DNA of 64,000 nucleotides from positions 1,344,001-1,408,000 of the forward strand of contig CBDANF010000002.1 in NCBI GenBank assembly GCA_965197475.1. The letters are read 5' to 3'. This DNA is from Candidatus Poribacteria bacterium. Lineage in GTDB: Bacteria; Poribacteria; WGA-4E; WGA-3G. This document shows positions 51,207-60,310 of this stretch, piece after piece; within the stretch, counting starts at the first letter, position 1, and the number at the start of each line of letters is the position of its first letter. The notes under the pieces are model-generated. The model was not told where the DNA came from, did not search any database, and was given only the letters and a program-made list of their open reading frames with translations. The translations under genes and the position numbers were made by a program.

Positions 51207-53699
51207 TCAAAATTCAAGTGTTAGTCCAACATAGATAATACGCGGGAGTTGTGATATTTCGTCAGATTCCCATTCTTCAATTTCAATCTCTTCACCTTGA
51301 ATCTCAATCGTCGCTTCTCTAAAGATAAATTTTATCGTATTCTTGCGGTTGTAGAGATTCAGAATATCAAGGAATCCACCTATCTTCATGCCTCTAACGT
51401 TCCATTTATGACTGATTCTGAAATCTAACTTATGGTACGGTGTCAACTCGGCACGTAATTCCTCGTCAACACTTGCCAATAGCGGATTCAGTCCGCGGGT
51501 AACCGGATCTTGAATCAGGACGAGAGAACTAATCGGGACTTCAGAGGTGCCATTTAAATACTGCCATTTCACGCCTATCTCGAAATTTGACGTGAAGTTA
51601 TAGTTTGCGACAATACTTACGATATATGTGTTATCAAAGAGATAAGGTTGATAAGTAACATCAGGATTTTCTCGCCGCTCAGCGTGGGTGTATGCATAAG
51701 ATACCCATCCGAAGAATTTATCAGTGACCCGGTGACGTAAGAACGCCTCAACACCACCAACGTAAGCAGCACCTTGATTGAGATAGTTTGATACACCATC
51801 TTCTGTTGCTAATCTCCCTCCCGCAGAAGAAGCAGACTCCGGCTCGGATGTCGTTGAAACCTTATCTTTCGTTACTAATTTCTGCTCGTCCTTATAATAG
51901 GTAGCAAACTTGAATTCCGTTTGAGAGGTAAGATCATGTTCGATCTCCATGATATAGTGGCGTGCAAGACTGGATTTCAAATCTGGATTTCCGTTTTCTG
52001 ATAGCAGTTGATACGGTTTCGGACTCTGTTCATAGTTTCCGTATGCAAACCGAATATTGAAATCACTTGGAAGTTTGAAATTTACACTTCCTCTCGGTTG
52101 CACAGAAAGCTGTTCCGTCAAATCAAGGTAATCTAATCGTGTGCCAAGTGCAATCGAAACGGAAGGCAATGGGTCATACCGTGCTTGTAGATAGCCTTCG
52201 GAACGATAAAAATCGTGTCCAAATTCATAGTGTCTCTTTTCCAATTCTGTAACTTCGTAACGTGCTGGTCGACTCGTTCTGATTTCTCTCACACTATTGC
52301 CTTCAACAAAACGTGCCTCAATTTCAATACCTTCCCCGATGGGTTCATATTCGTAAGCTTGTAAGTCTTCAAAACTATTGGCTGGACTGAACGACAGAAG
52401 GAGACCCGATTCAAACTGCAGAGTGGGGTTTAATCTGTAGGATACATCTTCGCGGAGTGTCCAGACTGGCACTTTGACTTTAACGTCATAGTTATTGGTA
52501 AGTATCTCTTCGGCTACTAATTTACCGTCCTCCAGTTTAAATTCACCGTCTTCAAGCACATAGGCCACTACAAAAGGGTCTTCAAATTTTATATTGAGGA
52601 AATTGAAGGTGCGGGTAAATGAAAAATGGGATGTTAAATTTTCGGTAAAGTTTGAATGGAGATGGATGCCTTGTCCGGTAAAACCGTTTTTGAAATAGAA
52701 AGTACCTCTTTCAAGATGGGCATCTATAGAATCTTCTATTTCTTCCTCTCTAAAATGGAAATGGTCTGTTGCGGCAAAAGCGTTGAGTGTAAGATGATGG
52801 TTAGCTGTTAGTGGATAAGCAAATTTGAACTGATAATCTGAAAAATATGGGAATTGTTGCTCTGAACCTGTCTGTGCTTCAACAATCGGTCCTACAATGA
52901 AATCGAAGTAACTCCGACGTCCGGAAGCAGAGATATATCCTTTTTCCCCTATCCATCCTTCAAGCAATCCTCCAGAATAGAGTATATTTAGGTTGAACTT
53001 TCCATCCAACCTGTTTTCAATACTATCACGTGCATGGATGTCAAGCACCGCTTGCGAATCTAACCCAAATTGCGCTCCGTATCCACCTGCATAGATGTCA
53101 ATTTTCTCAATAGTTTCTGAGCTGATGGTTGACAGTAAACCACCCCAGTGAAAAGGGTATCCGAGTTGAGTTCTGTCAAGATAGTAGAGATTAGATCCAG
53201 GATCACTACCCCGAATATAGAGAACACCAAAGTAATCGTTTGGAATACCGATACTTGGAAGCGTGGTCAATCCTTTGAGTGCATCATTCATCACCCCAGG
53301 GATGCGGAGAAGTTCGCTGCCACGAATGTCTTTACGACTCACTGTTGGCGGAATGCGTTTCCCTTCAACGACGACTGTTTCTAACTCAAATACTTCACCG
53401 AGGGACATTTTCGCTTGTGTGGTATGTCCTGCGGTCACTTCAACAGTCGTTTTTGTTGGTGTAGTGAAGGAGGGATGTGTGATTGTGAGGGTGTATGTGC
53501 CGGGCGCAAGACCTGTGAACCAGACTTTACCGTCCGCATCACTTTTTTGACGTTCGTCTGTTTCAAGGATATGAACTTCTGCACCTACTAACGGTTCGTC
53601 TGTATCTCTGCTATAAACTGTGCCTTCAATTGTGCCTGTTTGAGAAAAGGCAGCTGAGGGGATTAGTAAAACCATTAGCAGGCAGATAAAACTTCTCAT
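51207..53699 (-). CDS. TonB-dependent receptor 1 with N-terminal carboxypeptidase-regulatory-like domain
   Basis: 'QTGTIEGTV', 'IRGSDPGSNLYYLD', 'PYHKLDFR', C-terminal 'LTLEF'. Confidence 0.9.
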   Translation of the reverse strand: MRSFICLLMVLLIPSAAFSQTGTIEGTVYSRDTDEPLVGAEVHILETDERQKSDADGKVWFTGLAPGTYTLTITHPSFTTPTKTTVEVTAGHTTQAKMSLGEVFELETVVVEGKRIPPTVSRKDIRGSELLRIPGVMNDALKGLTTLPSIGIPNDYFGVLYIRGSDPGSNLYYLDRTQLGYPFHWGGLLSTISSETIEKIDIYAGGYGAQFGLDSQAVLDIHARDSIENRLDGKFNLNILYSGGLLEGWIGEKGYISASGRRSYFDFIVGPIVEAQTGSEQQFPYFSDYQFKFAYPLTANHHLTLNAFAATDHFHFREEEIEDSIDAHLERGTFYFKNGFTGQGIHLHSNFTENLTSHFSFTRTFNFLNIKFEDPFVVAYVLEDGEFKLEDGKLVAEEILTNNYDVKVKVPVWTLREDVSYRLNPTLQFESGLLLSFSPANSFEDLQAYEYEPIGEGIEIEARFVEGNSVREIRTSRPARYEVTELEKRHYEFGHDFYRSEGYLQARYDPLPSVSIALGTRLDYLDLTEQLSVQPRGSVNFKLPSDFNIRFAYGNYEQSPKPYQLLSENGNPDLKSSLARHYIMEIEHDLTSQTEFKFATYYKDEQKLVTKDKVSTTSEPESASSAGGRLATEDGVSNYLNQGAAYVGGVEAFLRHRVTDKFFGWVSYAYTHAERRENPDVTYQPYLFDNTYIVSIVANYNFTSNFEIGVKWQYLNGTSEVPISSLVLIQDPVTRGLNPLLASVDEELRAELTPYHKLDFRISHKWNVRGMKIGGFLDILNLYNRKNTIKFIFREATIEIQGEEIEIEEWESDEISQLPRIIYVGLTLEF

Positions 53700-53730
53700 G
53701 ATCGGGACTCCTATGCAAATGTGTCGGTAT

Positions 53731-53853
53731 TATGGTAGATTTTGGAATTACTTGGACACTCTGCAACAGTGAGGTTAGGAAACCTCCAAATCAAAGGTAT
53801 GAATGCCATTTAGGCATTCACCGCCTACCGGGAGACGAAAGTGTCTATATATT
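53731..53853. mobile_element. Truncated MITE of the IS630-A-derived family
   Basis: Left end tatggtagattttggaattacttggaca as at 46532; right end cut by the IS1595 TIR. Confidence 0.65.
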
Positions 53854-54076
53854 TTTACGCAATGAGTAGTTTTGGACTTGAGAAAAATTTTAAAAAATCG
53901 CTATAAAGCCTTGTGTCCACTGGGTTTATATGGTATAATATAGATAAGAAAATAGGGGGTTGGTAGCCCCCTAAATGAACACAAAAAGCGAGTTGCTTTT
54001 TGACGGTTCTAATCTTATCTGGTATTATATCAGAAATCCGTCAGAAAAAGCAACTCCTATTTCAAGGAGTTATCTG

Positions 54077-54958
54077 ATGGATTTGTTGAAGGTGATGGAG
54101 CGTTTTCCCGATCAAGAGAGTTGTATTTCGCATTTAGAGAAGATTCGGTGGCGAGGTAAACCTGTGTGTCCGCATTGTGAAAGCGATCATATAGGAGAAC
54201 GGACAGAAACAGAAATCGGTCGTATCGGTCGTTGGAACTGCCACGAGTGCCAAGTGAGTTTCAAGGTGACGTGCAGGTCGGTGTTTCACGGGACAAAGAT
54301 AGCGTTACAGAAGTGGTTTTTGGCTATTTCGTTGATAACGAATGCGAAGAAAAGTTTGTCAAGTCATCAACTTGCGCGCGATTTAGACTTGAATCAAAAG
54401 ACAGCATGGTATATCATGACTCGTATCCGTGCTGAAATGGCAAAGAAAGGTAACGTGCTACTACAAGGCATCATAGAGGCAGATGAAACTTACATCGGGG
54501 GTAAACCTCGTAAGCCTAATAAGAAGGAAGACCACGTGCCTGCCAAGCGTGGACGTGGAACAGAGAAAGACGCTATTATCGGGGCAGTACAGCGGGGCGG
54601 GAAAGTTGTAGCACAACTCGCTAAAGATTTGACAGGACGGACTATTTTAGACTTTATCCGAAGAGTCGTCAAAGTTGAGGATTCGGAGTTGATGACCGAT
54701 GAGTATAAGGCGTATCTCGCTATCGGCAAGGAGATGAAACACCATATCATAGATCATCAAACGCAATTTGTTGAGGGTGATGTCCACACAAACACAATTG
54801 AGGGGTTTTGGAGTCTACTCAAACGAGCTTGGTATGGAAGTCATCACCACTACTGGACTGAATATACGCCCCTGTATGTAGCAGAGGCGTGCTATAAATA
54901 CAACTATAGGAGCATTGACAGTATCTTTGATAAGTTTGTTAATGAAAGTATGCGGTGA
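54077..54958 (+). CDS. IS1595 family transposase
   Basis: Zn ribbon CPHC...CHEC; 'EADETYIGG', 'MTDEY', 'HTNTIEGFWSLLKR'; AAGGAG RBS before ATG 54077. Confidence 0.93.
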   Translation: MDLLKVMERFPDQESCISHLEKIRWRGKPVCPHCESDHIGERTETEIGRIGRWNCHECQVSFKVTCRSVFHGTKIALQKWFLAISLITNAKKSLSSHQLARDLDLNQKTAWYIMTRIRAEMAKKGNVLLQGIIEADETYIGGKPRKPNKKEDHVPAKRGRGTEKDAIIGAVQRGGKVVAQLAKDLTGRTILDFIRRVVKVEDSELMTDEYKAYLAIGKEMKHHIIDHQTQFVEGDVHTNTIEGFWSLLKRAWYGSHHHYWTEYTPLYVAEACYKYNYRSIDSIFDKFVNESMR

Positions 54959-54967
54959 TGGACACAA

Positions 54968-55240
54968 CTAAAGGTATGCCTTATCAATCTTGTTCTTTTT
55001 GTCATCAGGATTTGAGGGAAAATGCTGTGGAAGTTCAAAAGTTGGCTTTCCATCTTTCAGAGCATCGATCATGTCAAGAGCAAATTCCAACCTCTCATTG
55101 TCCGTGTCAAAAGGTTTCTGAATCACTACGCGAAAATTTGTATCAAGTTTTACAAGGGCGAGTTCTACAAAACTCTCTGTATGTAAGGCTAAAAGTGAAA
55201 AATCAACAGGATCGGAAGGCGGCTTGAATATTACCCACAT
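54968..55240 (-). CDS. Hypothetical passenger protein (90 aa)
   Basis: AAAGGAG RBS; inside the IS1595 TIRs. Confidence 0.6.
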   Translation of the reverse strand: MWVIFKPPSDPVDFSLLALHTESFVELALVKLDTNFRVVIQKPFDTDNERLEFALDMIDALKDGKPTFELPQHFPSNPDDKKNKIDKAYL

Positions 55241-55296
55241 GGGTTTAGTCTCCTTTGGGGTTAGAGGGGACAGAGTCCCCTCGTTGGTTGGAATTG

Positions 55297-55686
55297 CTAA
55301 TACCCGTATGGAGAATCAGCAGCTGAAATTAAAATTATCCAAAGTCCCACCATAGTGCCAGTTCCAATAACACATCCTATTGTAGCATGTGTTATTTGGT
55401 CGTTTTTCACAAGTTTTTGATAAATGCTTGTGTAATAAGCAACATATTCTGGTGATTTTCCAAGCAATTTTTCTGGTAGTACCGTTGGTGTGACAACATA
55501 CGCAATTAACATACCGGTAACACCAAGTAGACAACCAACAGTTCCCCATATTTGAGTGTTTGCAAGTGTTGCATCACGTCGTGCATCAAATATTGCTTGC
55601 GCAGCATCACTTGTTTGTTGTGCAAGTGTGAGATATGGCGTAGTGAATAACATCACAACCATTATAAACGACAAAGTTTTCATCAA
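55297..55686 (-). CDS. Hypothetical exported/membrane passenger protein (129 aa)
   Basis: Signal peptide, two Gly/Cys-containing hydrophobic helices, AAAGGA RBS. Confidence 0.7.
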   Translation of the reverse strand: MMKTLSFIMVVMLFTTPYLTLAQQTSDAAQAIFDARRDATLANTQIWGTVGCLLGVTGMLIAYVVTPTVLPEKLLGKSPEYVAYYTSIYQKLVKNDQITHATIGCVIGTGTMVGLWIILISAADSPYGY

Positions 55687-55753
55687 TGTTCCTTTTGTGA
55701 GGTAAAATGTGTATGTAGGGGATCAAAAGACCCCCTACATGTTTGCAAGCGGA

Positions 55754-55885
55754 TTATTTACACCGCTTGTGAGGTTTGACAGTTTCTTTCACCGTTGTGG
55801 CGGGACGGCGTTTGTCCGTGCCTTTGGGAAGGAACCGTCCATCTTTGGCATCGCGTACACGCGTGCCAGTGGCTTTTTTAGCCAT
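55754..55885 (-). CDS. 43-aa basic small protein (RDAKDGRF...RRPATTVKET)
   Basis: GAGGT RBS before ATG 55885; very K/R-rich. Confidence 0.65.
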   Translation of the reverse strand: MAKKATGTRVRDAKDGRFLPKGTDKRRPATTVKETVKPHKRCK

Positions 55886-56077
55886 AGTATACCTCACTTT
55901 GCTTGAGATAAATTGGTGCATAGCGTATTTCCAGTGCGTTATGCACTGTTCAAGCATATAAAATTGATACGTTAAACGGGTATCGTTCGTAGGTTCGTTT
56001 ACACCTTTCTATGGGTGAGGGCAGGACACAACACAAGGAGTGTTGCGATAGAAATCCTGCCCAACGAACTTGAGAAT

Positions 56078-56107
56078 AGTATAACATGGAAAGAATTTGA
56101 GTGTCAA
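56078..56107 (-). promoter_or_regulatory. Inward-facing promoter for the IS1595 passenger genes
   Basis: Minus strand TTGACA-N18-TATACT with TG extension, just inside the right TIR. Confidence 0.55.
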
Positions 56108-56157
56108 GTGAAAAATTTGAGAAAAAATTTCAAGTCCAAAACTACTCATTGCGTAAA

Positions 56158-56326
56158 GTTATTACACAACAGACCTTTAGAACCTTTAGAACTTTATGAT
56201 CTGTCAAGCGATCCATTGGAAGCGACAGACACTGCACAGACAGATACTAATCTTTATAAAGAGATGGGACATTTGTTACAGGAGGAAACACAGAAAGCGG
56301 GCAGTATCCCCTGGCAAAAAAGCTAA
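56158..56326 (+). pseudogene. 3' remnant of a sulfatase-like gene truncated by IS1595
   Basis: 'LLHNRPLEPLELYDLSSDPLEATD' is the ELYDLxxDPxE C-terminal motif of sulfatases; the frame begins at the TIR. Confidence 0.7.
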
Positions 56327-56636
56327 CCATTTCTCACATTTACAATCTATTCCACAAATCGTAAACGCGATTTCAATACACCGCGTTTGTAGTCGCGCAA
56401 TTCACGCGCCTCCTTACATTTTCTTAGTGCTTCCACATAATAGAAGGAAATCAATAGCATATTTTACTATCTTCCTTGGTATAAAGTGTCTCAATAATTG
56501 GGGGTTGCTATAAATGCTACAGTAGCTGTTTACGTTTGCGTTGACATTCCACCTAATCCATTGTATAATCAGAAGATACTTTTGCTGAATAGTCCTGCCT
56601 CCTCTAAAAAACCTTTGCTGCAAGGAGGGTTTAATT

Positions 56637-57344
56637 TTGTCTAAACAAGTGAATGGAAATGATGGGACAAGACTAAAGATTGATACGGATCCACATTTGG
56701 AAGAGAACAGCAATACTGTTGAAATGCAGTCGGAAAGGGATATGGATGAAGCAACAAATCCGCCAATTTCACAGGATAATGCTGAATTACTCCAGTCGCT
56801 TTCGCTCACAGAAATAAATCAAACCTTGGCAGCATTGCAAGATCTGTTCGAAAAGCAAATTGCTCGGAACCAGAATCAGACCCAGATGTATGACAAATTA
56901 TATGCTGAAATGAAGGACTATAAAGAGAGTTTTTTACTTGAAGTGCTTCACAAACCGATTATCCACAATCTGATCCAACTTTACGATAGTTTTGTATCGC
57001 TTGAATCTCAACTTGATGACATTCTTATTGATAAAGAGGAGAATATTCTTTTGGATGAACTGTCACAATACCGGAAGAATTTGGAGAACTTCCGGTTTGA
57101 ACTGGAAGAGGTGCTATACCGCATGGACGTGACACCTTATAAGGACTCTCTGGACACGCTTGACCGACAGTTGCACAAAACGCGCAAGGTAATACCGTCT
57201 GATGATCCCAAACAGGATAAAAAAGTTGCGGAAGTTCACAAAATTGGGTTCTACTGGCGTGAAAAAGTGTTCCGACCAGAAGAGGTGACGATTTTCCGTT
57301 ATACACCCTCCATAGGTGAGAAAGGGGGTAAAACGGATGGGTAA
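56637..57344 (+). CDS. GrpE-like nucleotide exchange factor (specialised paralogue)
   Basis: Acidic N-terminus, coiled coil, C-terminal 'VAEVHKIGFYWREKVFRPEEV'; GGAGG RBS; overlaps the Hsp70 start. Confidence 0.85.
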   Translation: MSKQVNGNDGTRLKIDTDPHLEENSNTVEMQSERDMDEATNPPISQDNAELLQSLSLTEINQTLAALQDLFEKQIARNQNQTQMYDKLYAEMKDYKESFLLEVLHKPIIHNLIQLYDSFVSLESQLDDILIDKEENILLDELSQYRKNLENFRFELEEVLYRMDVTPYKDSLDTLDRQLHKTRKVIPSDDPKQDKKVAEVHKIGFYWREKVFRPEEVTIFRYTPSIGEKGGKTDG

Positions 57345-58931
57345 AGTTGTTGGAATCGATTTAGGAACTACATTTTCTGTGATTGCACACGTCAATGAAC
57401 ATGGGCAATCGGAGATTATCCCTAATTTAGAAAGTGATCTATTACCCCATCGGTGATTTTGTTTGAGGACAACCTCGTAACAGTCGGAAAAATCGCCAAA
57501 CAGAATGCCAGAGCGGTTCCTGAACAGATTGTAGAGTTTGTCAAACGTGAGATGGGTAAACCTAAAGCGGAATTCTTTCGAACATTTAATGCAAAGGACT
57601 ATTCCCCCGAAGAACTCTCCGCACTTATTCTCACAAAACTCAAGCAGGATGCTGAAGCATATCTGAATGAAGAAATTACGGATGCAGTTGTCACTGTTCC
57701 TGCCTATTTTCACGATGCTGAACGGGAGGCTACCCGCAACGCAGGAAAAATCGCTGGATTGAATGTTCTACAAGTTCTTAATGAACCTACTGCTGCTGCA
57801 CTTGCTTACGGCATGGATCAATTGGGCAGTAACCAAAATGTGTTTGTGTTCGACCTTGGTGGCGGGACATTTGACGTAACCATCATGAACGTTTCCGAAT
57901 CAGAAATTCAGATGCTTGCAACGAACGGTGATCACAGACTGGGAGGTAAGGATTGGGACGATAAAATTATCACGCACGTCGCTGAGATGTTTGAGATAGA
58001 ACATGGAGAAAATCCGTTGGAGGACCTTCACACCTATCAAGACATTCAACTGGATGCGATAGGCGCGAAAGAATCTTTGTCCTTGCGGCAGCGAGCATTA
58101 ATCGTTTGTGGATACAATGGCAAAACAACCCGTGTTGAATTGACACGCGAAAAATTCGAAGAACTTACTGCTGACTTGCTTGAAAGGTGTCGAACTTTGT
58201 GTGATGTTGTCCTTTCGGAAGCAGAAATGACTTGGACAGATATTGACAATATCCTATTGGTAGGCGGCTCAACTCGGATGCCTATGGTGCAGCAAATGAT
58301 TGCCGCAATCAGTGGGAAAGAAATCAATCCACATCAAGTTAATCCTGATGAAGTTGTCGCAATCGGTGCAGCAATTCAGGGAACACTCCGCCAGATATCC
58401 GAAGGAAGCACCGAAACCGTAGATATGCCTGACGCTGTCATTGAGCGATTCATTGGACCGGACGGTGCCCCAAAGGTGACAGTTACAGATGGTGCCACAC
58501 ATAATCTCGGACTTGTCGTCCTTAATTCCCAACGTGAATATATGATTCACGTCATGATTCCCAAAATGACTGCTGTTCCGTGCGAAATTGCGGATAAATT
58601 CTTGACGGTTGACCGCAATCAACCTTCAGTTTTAATTGAGGTAGTGCAGGGACTTGAACAGGACCAACTCAAGGATAAAATTGATCTATTTGAGGAATAT
58701 AAATTGGGTGAATGTACCCTTGAACTGCCCCCTGGGTTGCCGCAAGGATCTCCAATTGAGGTGAACTACAAATATAACTTGGACCAGAATCTTGAGGTGA
58801 CGGCAAAATCCCTCACGGATGATGGTCCTACAGCTGTTTATGATATCTATTCCATTATTGAAAGACCAACACTCAATGAAGAGGAAGTTGCGCAGGCACG
58901 AACAGATCTACAAGACCTTGTCGTTGAATAA
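57337..58931 (+). CDS. Hsp70/DnaK-family protein (non-housekeeping, lacks the helical lid); 1-nt frameshift near 57440
   Basis: ATG 57337 'MGKVVGIDLGTTFS', then after the shift 'ITPSV', 'TVPAYF', 'NEPTAAALAYG', 'FDLGGGTFD', 'LVGGSTRMP', 'NPDEVVAIGAA'. Confidence 0.92.
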
Positions 58932-59024
58932 ATAAGGTTTTGAAACGAAATTACCTTTTTGGGAACAGCATATTATTAGTACGCCTTCTGTCTTCCTCAA
59001 GTATGTGTCAAGGGAAATAAACGT

Positions 59025-60245
59025 ATGTCCAAGCGTGAGGAATTTATAACATTTCTCAATGAGCTCAAAATAGTTTCGCGTACTATTTCTGACGAACAGC
59101 GCAAAGGGCTTTTACAACGAGCAGTGCAGCATCATAACCTTTCTGTTGCGGAGGCAACTGAAATTCTGGGTACATCGGGATTAGTTGTTGGTGAAAACGT
59201 CAACTACTTTGAGATATTAAACCTCTCCATTGAAGACCTCCACAACTTAAATGAATCGGATATCAAGGCACGTGTTGAAACTTCACACAAAAAACTGTAT
59301 ACTGCTTCATTAATGGCGGGTGGTCGCCCCCGCTCCGATGGTAGAACAGAAGAACAGTGGCGGACGCTTTTGAATCAAGCGCGTGATGCGCTAAAAGAGC
59401 CACAAAACCGCCGCGCACACCTCGCTACCTTCCAGCATGGTGAAGATTTCATAGATGAGCCTCCAGTTCCTTTATATCTTGACAACATGGAACTTATCCC
59501 CGCAGGTGAATTTCAAATGGGAAGCAATGATGATGAGTCATTCAGTGATGAACATCCTATTCACACTGTTTTTCTTAACGCATTCTATATTGACAAATAT
59601 CCGGTGACGAATGCACAGTATAAGGCATTTGTAGATGCAAATCCGCAATGGAGCAAACCGCGTGGGTTCATAAAATTCATCCCTGCAAGATACCATGACG
59701 ACTATTACCTCCTCCACTGGAATAAGAACTACTACCCTGAGAGTAAAGCTGATCATCCGGTTGTTCACATTAGTTGGTATGCGGCGATGGCTTATGCAGA
59801 GTGGATAGGTAAGCGTTTACCGACAGAATCTGAGTGGGAGAAAGCAGCACGTGGTGGATTGGCAGGTCAAAAATATCCATGGGGAAATTTGATTGATACT
59901 GACATGGCAAACTTTGCCAAAAATGTTGGACAGACGACATCTATAGGGGAGTACCCCGCGAACGGATACGATTTATACGATATGGCGGGCAACGTGTGGG
60001 AGTGGTGCCTTGATAAATGGGATAATGGCTTTTACGAGTCTTCGCCAAGTACTAACCCGATCTCAGGTGACAGCGTAGATAGTATTATGGACAATTTTAC
60101 AAAATTTGAAACATCGCGTGTATTGCGTGGAGGCTCCTGGTACAATACTGCTGAAAACGTGCGAGTCACCAAACGTTCTGGGGCTCCGCCGGAGTACACG
60201 AATGCTAACATCGGTTTCCGATGTGTTCAATCTATTTCACCGTGA
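59025..60245 (+). CDS. Helical domain + J-like domain + FGE-sulfatase (SUMF1-like) domain protein, copy 1
   Basis: 'NYFEILNL...LLNQARDALKEPQNRR' J-like; FGE motifs 'IPAGEFQMGS', 'RLPTESEWEKAARGG', 'DMAGNVWEW', 'RVLRGGSW...GFRC'. Confidence 0.88.
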   Translation: MSKREEFITFLNELKIVSRTISDEQRKGLLQRAVQHHNLSVAEATEILGTSGLVVGENVNYFEILNLSIEDLHNLNESDIKARVETSHKKLYTASLMAGGRPRSDGRTEEQWRTLLNQARDALKEPQNRRAHLATFQHGEDFIDEPPVPLYLDNMELIPAGEFQMGSNDDESFSDEHPIHTVFLNAFYIDKYPVTNAQYKAFVDANPQWSKPRGFIKFIPARYHDDYYLLHWNKNYYPESKADHPVVHISWYAAMAYAEWIGKRLPTESEWEKAARGGLAGQKYPWGNLIDTDMANFAKNVGQTTSIGEYPANGYDLYDMAGNVWEWCLDKWDNGFYESSPSTNPISGDSVDSIMDNFTKFETSRVLRGGSWYNTAENVRVTKRSGAPPEYTNANIGFRCVQSISP

Positions 60246-60310
60246 TTTTTTGTTTCATTACACTTTTGGTCCGTGTGTGAACACACCAATTCTTAAAAAG
60301 AAGCAAATAG

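Larger units (their letters stand above)
53854..56157. mobile_element. IS1595-family transporter IS with passenger genes
   Basis: Perfect 28-bp TIRs tttacgcaatgagtagttttggacttga (53854-53881) / tcaagtccaaaactactcattgcgtaaa (56130-56157) enclosing the transposase and three convergent ORFs. Confidence 0.9.

Noticed and set aside
56015-56326. 103-aa ORF as a real gene
   Set aside because: Chimeric frame running from inside the IS1595 end through the TIR into the sulfatase remnant.
57430-57460. Programmed frameshift or stop read-through in Hsp70
   Set aside because: No slippery heptamer; the downstream sequence is in a different frame, so read-through would not help; a simple deletion explains it.
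57114-57713. Long antisense or overlapping ORFs (also 28185-28775, 24592-25125, 50416-50880, 56414-56809)
   Set aside because: Shadows of well-supported genes on the other strand, with no motifs or RBS.
57337-58931. Housekeeping dnaK / heat-shock operon
   Set aside because: No lid, altered linker, no canonical dnaJ or hrcA, and no CIRCE recognised upstream; gene symbol withheld.
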